Virus record (IMG/VR): IMGVR_UViG_3300023174_000090
Location: 1 to 64,000 of that record
Length of the DNA: 64,000 bases
Source: a virus
Direction: 5' to 3' (one strand)
Shown here: positions 45,227-54,305 of the stretch, in pieces
Numbering within the stretch: the stretch's first letter is position 1
Layout of the letters: each line of letters starts with the position of its first letter
Notes under the pieces: model-generated
What the model saw: the letters and a program-made list of their open reading frames with translations, nothing else
What the model was told of the DNA's origin: nothing
Databases searched by the model: none
Made by a program: the position numbers and the translations under genes

Positions 45227-46272
45227 CAATTAAACAAGGTAAAATTGGAATTTTTTCAGATATTCACTTAGGATTGTGCCAAGACTCTAAAACATGGCAT
45301 GACATTTCATTGAATTTTGCAAAATGGGCGAGTGAAGAATTATATTCTAGGGGAATACAAACAATCATAATACCCGGAGATGTATTTCACAATAGAACTG
45401 AAATAGGAGTCGATACCCTATCTGTTTCTAAGAAATTTTTTGATTATTTCAAGAATTTTGAATTGATAATTTCCTCCGGAAATCATGATTGTTTTTTAAA
45501 ACAAGAAAGCTCTATCAATTCCATATCAATTTTAAATGGGTGGGAAAACATAACAGTTGTAGATGGAGACCCCTTGATATTAAAAAGAAATAAAAAAATA
45601 ATTTCAGTAATTCCGTGGGGAGTTGACATCAAAGATATTCCAAATACAGATATATGCTTTGGTCATTTTGAAATAAACACCTTTTATATGAATACATACA
45701 AGGTATGTGAGCATGGAATGGATTCCAAAAACATATTAGAGAAGGCTCCTATCGTATTTTCCGGACACTTTCATGGAAAAGAGCACAGAAGATACGATAA
45801 GGGAGAAATTATATATGTTGGAAGTCCACATCAACATAATTTCGGAGACGAAAATCAGCAGAGAGGGATATATGTGTATGATATAGATACAAATGATTTA
45901 GAATTTATTGAAAATACAGTATCTCCTAAACATATTAAAATATTTTTGAATAAAATTCAAAAAGAAGAGCAAAGTGTCGAATTTTTACAAAAAAACGTTC
46001 CGGACAATCTAATATGTTTCATAGTTAATACTGAAATATCAGAAAGTGATCTGGAATCTTTAATTTCTAAGATCAAAAGCTTAAACCCGAAAACATTTAG
46101 GCTTGATTACGAATCTAAATCGGAAAAATTAATTGAAAATTCGGATAAACATGATTATAATATGGTAAACATAGAACAAAATATTGCAGATTTTGTAGGA
46201 TCTACTAATTTTACACACAAAGATAGCGTTGTAAAGTATTTAACAGATTTATACAATCAAATTAGAAAGTAA
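45223..46272 (+). CDS. gp47: Recombination nuclease, T4 gp47 (Mre11/SbcD)
   Basis: SDIHLG, GDVFHNR, GNHD, GHFE, FSGHFH, YVGSP..HNFGD. Confidence 0.93.
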   Translation: MTIKQGKIGIFSDIHLGLCQDSKTWHDISLNFAKWASEELYSRGIQTIIIPGDVFHNRTEIGVDTLSVSKKFFDYFKNFELIISSGNHDCFLKQESSINSISILNGWENITVVDGDPLILKRNKKIISVIPWGVDIKDIPNTDICFGHFEINTFYMNTYKVCEHGMDSKNILEKAPIVFSGHFHGKEHRRYDKGEIIYVGSPHQHNFGDENQQRGIYVYDIDTNDLEFIENTVSPKHIKIFLNKIQKEEQSVEFLQKNVPDNLICFIVNTEISESDLESLISKIKSLNPKTFRLDYESKSEKLIENSDKHDYNMVNIEQNIADFVGSTNFTHKDSVVKYLTDLYNQIRK

Positions 46273-46275
46273 TTT

Positions 46276-47031
46276 ATGAAAGAACACATAGGAATTGGAA
46301 TATTGGATATATATGATCAAGAAGATTTGGAATCTTGTTATTCATCGATACCGGAAGAGTATAGAGATAATGTTTTAATCGCTTCGGCAACCAACAACTC
46401 GATTGCTTCCAATATAGCACATAAAAAATTTAACGAAGTTTCCATGGCAACTCTTAGAAATTGGATAATTTCAAAATTCAGAATAGACGGATTAAAATAT
46501 ATTTTTATTATTAGTTCGAATCAAATTATAGATGATCCGAAAATATTCGAAAAGACAATTAAACTCGGAGAAACCTTTGGTACATGGTTTATATTGGGAG
46601 ATGGAAAGAATTCACTACCAATGGAAGATGAATCCACCGGAAATACTATTTATGCTACTCCAGAAATGAATAGTGACTTCATGTTTATTCTCTCTGGAAT
46701 AGTTTCAAATACCGGATACTTCGATGAAAGATTTTACAACACTAAAGATTTAGATGTTTTGGATTATATAATGAAATTAAGAAAAAAGGGAATATATCCA
46801 CCCGCAAATTATAATTTAAGCATTGGAAATGGAGTCAAAGGACTTAATAAGCCAATCAAGAAAATAAAATATGCAGATGTGAATAATCCCGATAGAAGCG
46901 TTGGTATTTCGTATGGATATTTTAAACATATTCATAATTATTTGCCGGGAGTTAATGACCCTTCCGGAATAACACAAGAAAAATTGATTGAATTTATGCA
47001 AGAACTTCAAAAAAATTATGCAAAAAGATAA
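46276..47031 (+). CDS. GT2-like protein lacking the DxD motif
   Basis: Collinear with 47018.. and 47848.. (IGIGI...; KYIFII vs EHIFLM; IFEK; GYFDERFYN; GIYPP), but EDD is replaced by SSN. Confidence 0.6.
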   Translation: MKEHIGIGILDIYDQEDLESCYSSIPEEYRDNVLIASATNNSIASNIAHKKFNEVSMATLRNWIISKFRIDGLKYIFIISSNQIIDDPKIFEKTIKLGETFGTWFILGDGKNSLPMEDESTGNTIYATPEMNSDFMFILSGIVSNTGYFDERFYNTKDLDVLDYIMKLRKKGIYPPANYNLSIGNGVKGLNKPIKKIKYADVNNPDRSVGISYGYFKHIHNYLPGVNDPSGITQEKLIEFMQELQKNYAKR

Positions 47032-47875
47032 AATAGGACTCGGACTGATAACATGTGACCGATATAACTTTTTGGAAAAAAGTTTACTATCAGTATTTAA
47101 AGCCACTAGTGGACTAGATGATAATTTTTTCAAATTCATATTGATAGATGATACGTCATCTCCTATACCGGAAGGCTCGTATGATTTTGCAAATGAGTTT
47201 AACCTTGAAAAGATTCACACTACAGGAGAGGAAGGGGTGGGAATAGCCAAGAACAAGGCACTAAAAGCATTAATAGATGCAGATTGTGAACATATTTTCT
47301 TAATGGAAGATGATGTTGAAATGCTAGATGCTTCTATTTTTGAAAAATACATCAACGCTTCTAGAATAACTGGAATCAAACATCTCAATTTTGCTCTTCA
47401 TGGCAATCATAACAGAGATTTTAATAGTAACCCAACACCAAGAAGAACTATAAATTATCCAGATAATGAAACACGAATAGTTTTATATCCAAATATTCTA
47501 GGAGCATTTAGCTATTATCATATAGATGTTTTAAATGAAGTGGGATTGATAGATGAACAGTTTTACAATGCCTTGGAACACGTAGATCATACATATCAAA
47601 TAATAAAGGCAGGATATCACCCATATTTTAGATGGTTTGCTGATATAGAAGGATCGGAAAAATATTTAAAAGACATTGTACCCGATCATATGAACAGTAA
47701 AATACGATCTGAACAGGATTTTGTTGAAAATTTTATGAAAAATCATGACAGATTTGTATCCAAAAACAATTTTGCAGTTGTATACGGAAAGGGTCCAATA
47801 GAAAACACTTATACCGAAGAAGAAGTTGTCAAAAATTTACAAGAAATATGGAAAAAACACCACTACAAGGAATAG
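47018..47875 (+). CDS. GT2 glycosyltransferase
   Basis: IGLGLITCDR, LIDD, GVGIAKNKAL, IFLMEDD, VGLIDEQF..ALEHVD; ATG 47018 preferred to the TTG at 46988. Confidence 0.85.
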   Translation: MQKDKIGLGLITCDRYNFLEKSLLSVFKATSGLDDNFFKFILIDDTSSPIPEGSYDFANEFNLEKIHTTGEEGVGIAKNKALKALIDADCEHIFLMEDDVEMLDASIFEKYINASRITGIKHLNFALHGNHNRDFNSNPTPRRTINYPDNETRIVLYPNILGAFSYYHIDVLNEVGLIDEQFYNALEHVDHTYQIIKAGYHPYFRWFADIEGSEKYLKDIVPDHMNSKIRSEQDFVENFMKNHDRFVSKNNFAVVYGKGPIENTYTEEEVVKNLQEIWKKHHYKE

Positions 47876-49329
47876 GAGTGGCGATTATTACATACAATCG
47901 ACCAGAATATTATAAAAAAGTATTAAAAACCATACCCAGACATAGGATAAAATCCCTATTAGTGGTAAATGACGGAGAAAACTCGTATGTTGAGGAAACA
48001 GATGCAGATTTTGTTATAAAACATAACGCAAAATTGGGTGTTGCGGTATCAAAAAATCATGCACTTCATTTTTTAATAGAAAAAATGAAGTGCGAACATT
48101 TGTTTTTGATTGAAGATGACATATTGGTATTGGACGAAAATGTATTTGACGAGTATATCAAGGCCGCAAATTCTACCGGAATACATCATTTATGTTATGA
48201 AAAGGTAAATGGCAATGAAAAAACTTTAAAATTTACACAAGAGCAACCTGATGGAGTAAAAATTGGTTTTTATCATAATCCCCAAGGAGCATTTATGTAT
48301 ATGAATGCAAATTTAATTAAAAAACTTGGATACTTTGATGAAAATTATATAAATGCATTTGAACATGTGGATTTTGAATATAATTTGGTAAAAAATGGAG
48401 TAGCCCCATCATTTTGGTATTTCCCCGATTTACTGGAAAGCAATAAATTTTTAAAAGAAATTGAAGGAAGCTCTGAAAACTCTTCAATAACAAATAAAGA
48501 AGGATATAAAGAAAATGTAGAAAAATCTGCTCATTATTTTACAAAAAAATGGGGACATTTTACAAATGCTATAAAAGATGAAGGACAAATTCCATTATTA
48601 CATTCTTTAATACACCTACAGGCAAATTATTCCAGAAAAAAACTCATAAACAAAGACAAACGATTGGCAATTATAATTCCATATAGAGATAGGAGAACTT
48701 CTTTGGAGAATTTATTGCCAAATTTAAGAAAATATGTAGAAAAACAAGTAAAGCATTTTGATATCTACGTTGTAGAACAAAATGACACTAAATTATTTAA
48801 TAAAGGATTACTAAACAACATAGGATATATTTTAAATTCCAATTATGACTATTACTGTTTTCATGACGTTGATTTAATCCCAGAAATGTCGGATTATTCA
48901 TATCCAACAAGACCAATACACCTTAGTTCACATTGTAGTCAATTTAATTATATTAATATACCAGATAAAATAATGGGAGGCGTTATTCTCTTTACAAAAG
49001 AACATTTTAAATTGACTAATGGATATCCAAATGACTATATAGGCTGGGGAGGAGAAGATAACAACTTGTATGCTAGATGTGAAAAGGTGAATATTCCCCC
49101 TCTAAAACATTCTTTCGGAAAATATTTCTCTATACCACATGAGCACAGATTATTCAACCCCGAAGAAAAGAAAAAGCATTTGGAGAATGGAAAAAAAACA
49201 GATGATTTTATCGCTGGAATTACAAATTTACAAGATAATGGATTATCTACCATAAATTTAAATGATTTTGAAATTCAAAAAGCAAATTTAAATGATTTTT
49301 TTCACATAAAAATAAAACCCAAAATTTGA
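47848..49329 (+). CDS. Bifunctional GT2 + GT7 (beta-1,4-galactosyltransferase-like) protein
   Basis: N-half IITYNRP...LFLIEDD...GYFDE..INAFEHVD; C-half AIIIPYRDR...VVEQ...FNKGLL.N.G...FHDVDL.P...GGV...NGY.N.Y.GWGGEDN. Confidence 0.9.
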   Translation: MEKTPLQGIGVAIITYNRPEYYKKVLKTIPRHRIKSLLVVNDGENSYVEETDADFVIKHNAKLGVAVSKNHALHFLIEKMKCEHLFLIEDDILVLDENVFDEYIKAANSTGIHHLCYEKVNGNEKTLKFTQEQPDGVKIGFYHNPQGAFMYMNANLIKKLGYFDENYINAFEHVDFEYNLVKNGVAPSFWYFPDLLESNKFLKEIEGSSENSSITNKEGYKENVEKSAHYFTKKWGHFTNAIKDEGQIPLLHSLIHLQANYSRKKLINKDKRLAIIIPYRDRRTSLENLLPNLRKYVEKQVKHFDIYVVEQNDTKLFNKGLLNNIGYILNSNYDYYCFHDVDLIPEMSDYSYPTRPIHLSSHCSQFNYINIPDKIMGGVILFTKEHFKLTNGYPNDYIGWGGEDNNLYARCEKVNIPPLKHSFGKYFSIPHEHRLFNPEEKKKHLENGKKTDDFIAGITNLQDNGLSTINLNDFEIQKANLNDFFHIKIKPKI

Positions 49330-49345
49330 AAAATACAATAAAACA

Positions 49346-49353
49346 TATAAATA
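49346..49353 (+). promoter_or_regulatory. T4-type late promoter
   Basis: Exact TATAAATA, 10 nt upstream of the GT2 ATG at 49364. Confidence 0.65.
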
Positions 49354-49363
49354 ATTTATTAAA

Positions 49364-49906
49364 ATGAGTAAAAGACTTTCTATATTAACGCCTACATTAA
49401 ACAGTAGAAAACAATTGTTTCAGAATTTAGCAAAAGTATTAAAGGCCCAATCAAACTCCCAAGTGGAAATGCTGGCACTTTGCGATGATGGAGAACAATC
49501 TATAGGCAAGAAAAGAAATGAGCTTGTAGAAGCAGCCAAGGGAGATTATGTCGTGTTTATAGACGATGATGACATGATTTCTCCGTTTTATGTATTTGGA
49601 ATTTTAGAGGCAATAAAAAACAATCCGGACTGCTGTGGAATCGAAGGTATAATAACAGAAAGACGATCCGGTCCCAAAAAATTTGTTCATTCGTTAAAAT
49701 ATACAGATTGGTTTGAAAAAGATGATGTTTATTACAGATGTCCAAACCATTTAAACCCGATTAAAAGAGAGATAGCAATGGATGTAAAATTTCCAGAATT
49801 ATACTTCGGAGAAGATAAAGACTTTTCACACAAACTTATTGGAAAATTAAAAACTGAAGTTTTTATAAATGGTCCAATTTATTATTACTATCCATCAATT
49901 AGCTAA
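49364..49906 (+). CDS. GT2 glycosyltransferase
   Basis: LSILTPT..SR, SIGKKRNEL...AKGDYVVFIDDDD, FGEDKDF. Confidence 0.85.
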   Translation: MSKRLSILTPTLNSRKQLFQNLAKVLKAQSNSQVEMLALCDDGEQSIGKKRNELVEAAKGDYVVFIDDDDMISPFYVFGILEAIKNNPDCCGIEGIITERRSGPKKFVHSLKYTDWFEKDDVYYRCPNHLNPIKREIAMDVKFPELYFGEDKDFSHKLIGKLKTEVFINGPIYYYYPSIS

Positions 49907-49908
49907 AC

Positions 49909-51168
49909 ATGAAAAACAATCTAAAATTATTAATTAAATTTCCGACAAGAGGAAGACCCGAAAAATTTTTCAATGTATTGAACAAATATATTGAAATGGC
50001 GCATGAACACAATTCAATTGCATTTTTAATATCTATGGATGCAGATGATAAATCCATGAATAATGATATTATTAAAAATAAATTAAATGATATTCAAAAA
50101 ACAGTTAAATTGGTATATTTTTATGGAAATAGTAAGACTAAAATAGAAGCTATCAATGCTGACATGGGAAACGTATCCGGATGGGACATAGTTTTACTCG
50201 CATCTGATGATATGATTCCAATAGTACATGGATATGATTGTATTATAAGAGATCATATGAAAGAATTTTTTAGAAATACTGATGGGTGTTTATGGTATTC
50301 GGATGGAGGTCAAAATAATATCTGTACGTTGAGTATTTTAGGAAAAAAATATTATGATCGATTTGAATATATTTACAATCCAGAATATAAAAGCTTGTGG
50401 TGCGATAATGAGCATACAGATGTAATGACACAATTGGGAAAGGTTTATAAATCCGATCAAGTTATTATAGAACATCAACATCCCGTTTATCAAAAAACAA
50501 ATTATGATGAATTATATGTTAGAAATGAATCATATTTTAACATTGATAGAGAAATTTATGAAAAAAGAAAAGTTAAAAATTTTGATTTGAATTTAAACTA
50601 TCCACTTTTATCAATATTAACGCCATCAATTACAAGCAGAATGGACTCGCATTTAAAAAAATTGATTGAAAAATTGAAAAAACAAATTGGAAATAGTAAT
50701 GTCGAACATTTAATATTAACGGATAATAGAAAAAGAAGCATAGGAGAAAAAAGACAGTCATTGTTAGATGTTTCTAATGGAAAATATGTAACATTTATTG
50801 ATGATGATGATGATATTTCAGATGATTACATAGAATGTGTATTGAATGCAATTGAAGAAAATGCAGACGTTATAACATTTAAACAAAAATGTTTAATAAA
50901 TAACAATCCACCATCTATTATAAATTTTTCTCTACAAAATAAAGAAAACGAACCCTATCTTCCGGGAATGCTTATAAACAGAATGCCATTTCATGTGTGT
51001 ATATGGAAGTCTAAAATTGCTAAAAAATATAAATTTCCAAGTACAAGTTACTCAGAAGATTGGTTTTGGGTGGAACAGTTATTGAAAGAAGTTAAAACCG
51101 AATTTCATATAGATAAAGCGATACATAGCTATATCTACGATGAAAATGTAACAACAACTCCTTTATGA
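49909..51168 (+). CDS. Two-domain GT-A glycosyltransferase
   Basis: N-domain KFPTRGRP...LASDDMIP...YKSLWCDNE...IEHQHP; C-domain LSILTP...SIGEKRQ...FIDDDDD...SEDW. Confidence 0.85.
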   Translation: MKNNLKLLIKFPTRGRPEKFFNVLNKYIEMAHEHNSIAFLISMDADDKSMNNDIIKNKLNDIQKTVKLVYFYGNSKTKIEAINADMGNVSGWDIVLLASDDMIPIVHGYDCIIRDHMKEFFRNTDGCLWYSDGGQNNICTLSILGKKYYDRFEYIYNPEYKSLWCDNEHTDVMTQLGKVYKSDQVIIEHQHPVYQKTNYDELYVRNESYFNIDREIYEKRKVKNFDLNLNYPLLSILTPSITSRMDSHLKKLIEKLKKQIGNSNVEHLILTDNRKRSIGEKRQSLLDVSNGKYVTFIDDDDDISDDYIECVLNAIEENADVITFKQKCLINNNPPSIINFSLQNKENEPYLPGMLINRMPFHVCIWKSKIAKKYKFPSTSYSEDWFWVEQLLKEVKTEFHIDKAIHSYIYDENVTTTPL

Positions 51169-51842
51169 AATCTTGTATTATTAATTTTGCAAATGGTTAT
51201 TGGTATGAAAATGGAAAGAATAGATTATTAAACTCTATCAATGCTTTTAAAAAAGAAACATCAACATATGATTTTTTATCATTTAAAGATTATAGTGATA
51301 TCGGTTCTCCGCATCATAAAGATTTGAATTATGCTTTTAAATTTTATAGTTTCAAAAAGGCATTGGAAATGGGATATCAAAATATCCTATGGCTGGACTG
51401 TTCCATGTATGCAATAAAAAATATTGATGAATGTTTTGAGCACATTAACAACTGTGGATATGCAGTTACATGGTCAGAATATAATAATGCACAATGGACA
51501 AATGATAGAACACTAGAAGCATTTAATATGACCAGAGATGAGGCGGAAAAAACTAGACATATCTATAGCGGATGCTTTGGAATTAGTACAAATTATACAA
51601 AATTTCAAGAATTTTATACAATGTATGAAACCCATCTTCCATATTTAAATGGGGCTTGGAATAACAACAATAAAACAGAATCTTTAGATGAAAGATGTAA
51701 GGGACATAGACATGATCAAACCATATTAAGTTTAATATTAAATAAATTAGAAATGGACGACACTAATGGAACTTTTTTTGAATATTGGAATTCTTCGGAA
51801 AATTATAAACAAAAAACTTGCTTTATAGCGAGAGGTATGTGA
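51165..51842 (+). CDS. GT-A-like transferase (WxD...HRHDQ family)
   Basis: YAFK...ILWLDCS; GHRHDQTILSLI. Confidence 0.65.
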   Translation: MKSCIINFANGYWYENGKNRLLNSINAFKKETSTYDFLSFKDYSDIGSPHHKDLNYAFKFYSFKKALEMGYQNILWLDCSMYAIKNIDECFEHINNCGYAVTWSEYNNAQWTNDRTLEAFNMTRDEAEKTRHIYSGCFGISTNYTKFQEFYTMYETHLPYLNGAWNNNNKTESLDERCKGHRHDQTILSLILNKLEMDDTNGTFFEYWNSSENYKQKTCFIARGM

Positions 51843-51859
51843 TAATAAATATCTAAATT

Positions 51860-52474
51860 ATGTATAGTCAAAACAACGAAGATAAAATTTTCCTAGAATA
51901 TTTTAAAGATAAACCCGAAGGAACACTCCTAGAAATAGGAGCATATGATACCACAACATTTTCAAACTCAAGAGCCTTGATAGAAAAAAATTGGACTGCG
52001 TATTTGGTGGATGCATCTCCTTTTTGTATAACCAAATTATTTGAATCGTATAAGCAAAATAAAAAGGTAAACTTAATACAATCTCTTATCATGACAGAGA
52101 AAAGCGAATCCTTACATTGTTTTTATGACTGTCCATTTTCAGCAGTTTCATCTATTTCAAAAGAGCATACTAAAAAATATCATAAAAATGACCCTGACAT
52201 AGAAAATAAAATTAAAGAAATTTACTTAAAAAGTTTAACTTTGAATGAATTGTTGAGTTTTGTTTTACAACAACAAAATGGTTTAGATTTTCTATCAATA
52301 GACGTCGAGGGATTTTCGGCAGATTTGGCAGTATCTATGGATTTGGACATTGTGAAACCCGATTGCATCTGCATTGAACATGATTCCAAGCAAAATATTT
52401 TAATTGATAAATTTGGTGCTTTTTATAACGTAGTTCATAAAAACGGAGAAAATATTATTTTTACTAAAAAATAA
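51860..52474 (+). CDS. FkbM-family SAM methyltransferase
   Basis: MYSQNNED, LEIGAYD...SNS, DFLSIDVEG, PDCICIEH; TAAATA at 51846. Confidence 0.85.
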   Translation: MYSQNNEDKIFLEYFKDKPEGTLLEIGAYDTTTFSNSRALIEKNWTAYLVDASPFCITKLFESYKQNKKVNLIQSLIMTEKSESLHCFYDCPFSAVSSISKEHTKKYHKNDPDIENKIKEIYLKSLTLNELLSFVLQQQNGLDFLSIDVEGFSADLAVSMDLDIVKPDCICIEHDSKQNILIDKFGAFYNVVHKNGENIIFTKK

Positions 52475-54273
52475 TGAAAGATATTTTATTTGAAAAAATA
52501 AAAATCAAAAATTTTCTATCAATAAAGGATGAAGTTGTTTTTGATATCAAGTCTGGATTAAATCTCATAACAGGAGAAAACAGAGATTCTGAAAGTAGAA
52601 ACGGAGTTGGAAAGAGTTCTCTTATAGAATCGCTCTACTGGTGTTTATTCGGAAACACCATTAGAGACATTAAAAATGATAAAATAATACACAATCAATC
52701 TGATAAGAATTGTTGCGTTACCTTAGATTTTTCTATTAAAAATTTGGATATTAATAAAAAATATTCAATAAAAAGAACATTAGAACCTTCTAAAATTCAA
52801 ATTTTAGAAGATGAAAAGGACATAACACTTTCAACTATTCCTAAGAATGATGAATTTATAAAGCAACTTTTAGGAGCCAATGAAGAAGTGTTTCAAAATG
52901 CTGTTATAATGACAGCAAACAACACTATTCCATTCATGGCACAGAAGAAGATAGACAAAAGAAAGTTTATCGAGGGAATATTGAACATGGAAGTATTTGG
53001 GGAAATGTTATTAAAGGTTCGTTCGGATTTTAATGACTTAAAAAAGAAAAATGATATTACTTCCACTATTTTAAACGAAAAGAATAAAAATATAATTCTT
53101 TATAATAATCAAATTCAAAAAAATAAAGAATTAAATAATACAAAAATACAAAATTTAAATCTAAAAATAGAAGAAAACAATAAAAAAATTAAAATATATT
53201 CTGATATTGATTCTATCAACGATAGAATAACAAAAAATAAAGAATCTATAGATAAATTATTCGAAACAAATAATAAATCAGATGCGGGAATTGATAAAAT
53301 TGAGGATATTTTATCCAAAAAAAATAAAAATAAAATAGAAATAGATTTTGAAATAAAGGAATTAAATTCTAAATTAAAATCTATAGACAAAACACCAGAT
53401 GTTTGCCCTACTTGTAAACGAAAATACGACAAACAAGAAAATTCTCCGTGTATAGATGTCGATTCGATTAAAAATGAATTAGATTCTAAAAAAATAATAT
53501 CAAAACAATATGAAAGTGAATTGTTTGAATTGAATGATAAAAAAAGAAAACTAAAAGAAATTATAACATCAAATTTGAATAAGATTAACGCATTGAAAGA
53601 TGAAATTAATAAATTAAACTTAAATTTGAGTGACGTTAAAAATTTGGAGGATAAAAACGAGGAAATCTTAGTTCAAATTAAAGAAATTGAGAACATAGAA
53701 GATCCTTTATTGGAAAATATTCAAAAAACGGAAGAAGAAATACAAAATATATCCGAAGAATTGGAACAAATTCAAAAAAATTTACTGATTTTGGATAATT
53801 GCAAGTTTGTTCTCTCGGAAGAAGGGGTAAAATCATTTATAGTTAAAAAAATGATTTCAGTATTAAATTCTCAGTTGAATTTTTATCTTAAAACATTAAA
53901 TGCACCATGTATTTGCACGTTTGATGAATCTTTCGAAGAAACCATAACAAACAATCAAGGAAAAGAGTGTTCATATTTCAATTTCAGTGGTGGGGAGAGA
54001 AAAAGAATCGATATTGCAGTTCTTTTTATGTTCCAAGATATCTTAAAATTACAAACAGGAATCCATTTTAATCTCAGTATGTATGATGAGCTATTAGACT
54101 CTGCTTTAGATTCTAGCGGAACATCAAAAATAATGGAAATTTTGAAAGAAAGAAGTAATAATTCTTCAGAATCTATATACATCGTATCTCATAATAAATC
54201 CACGCAGGTAAATGGATTTGATAATATCATTATGTTAGAAAAGAAAGATGGCAAAACAACTATAGCTTCTTGA
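52474..54273 (+). CDS. gp46: Recombination ATPase, T4 gp46 (Rad50/SbcC)
   Basis: KNFLS, NGVGKSS, CPTC zinc hook in coiled coil, FSGGE, DELLDSALD, IVSH. Confidence 0.95.
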   Translation: MKDILFEKIKIKNFLSIKDEVVFDIKSGLNLITGENRDSESRNGVGKSSLIESLYWCLFGNTIRDIKNDKIIHNQSDKNCCVTLDFSIKNLDINKKYSIKRTLEPSKIQILEDEKDITLSTIPKNDEFIKQLLGANEEVFQNAVIMTANNTIPFMAQKKIDKRKFIEGILNMEVFGEMLLKVRSDFNDLKKKNDITSTILNEKNKNIILYNNQIQKNKELNNTKIQNLNLKIEENNKKIKIYSDIDSINDRITKNKESIDKLFETNNKSDAGIDKIEDILSKKNKNKIEIDFEIKELNSKLKSIDKTPDVCPTCKRKYDKQENSPCIDVDSIKNELDSKKIISKQYESELFELNDKKRKLKEIITSNLNKINALKDEINKLNLNLSDVKNLEDKNEEILVQIKEIENIEDPLLENIQKTEEEIQNISEELEQIQKNLLILDNCKFVLSEEGVKSFIVKKMISVLNSQLNFYLKTLNAPCICTFDESFEETITNNQGKECSYFNFSGGERKRIDIAVLFMFQDILKLQTGIHFNLSMYDELLDSALDSSGTSKIMEILKERSNNSSESIYIVSHNKSTQVNGFDNIIMLEKKDGKTTIAS

Positions 54274-54298
54274 TTTTTAACATAAAGAGTGTTAATAT
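54270..54298 (+). promoter_or_regulatory. sigma70-like promoter
   Basis: TTGATT-N17-TAATAT, 7 nt before ATG 54306. Confidence 0.55.
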
Positions 54299-54305
54299 AT
54301 AGTAT

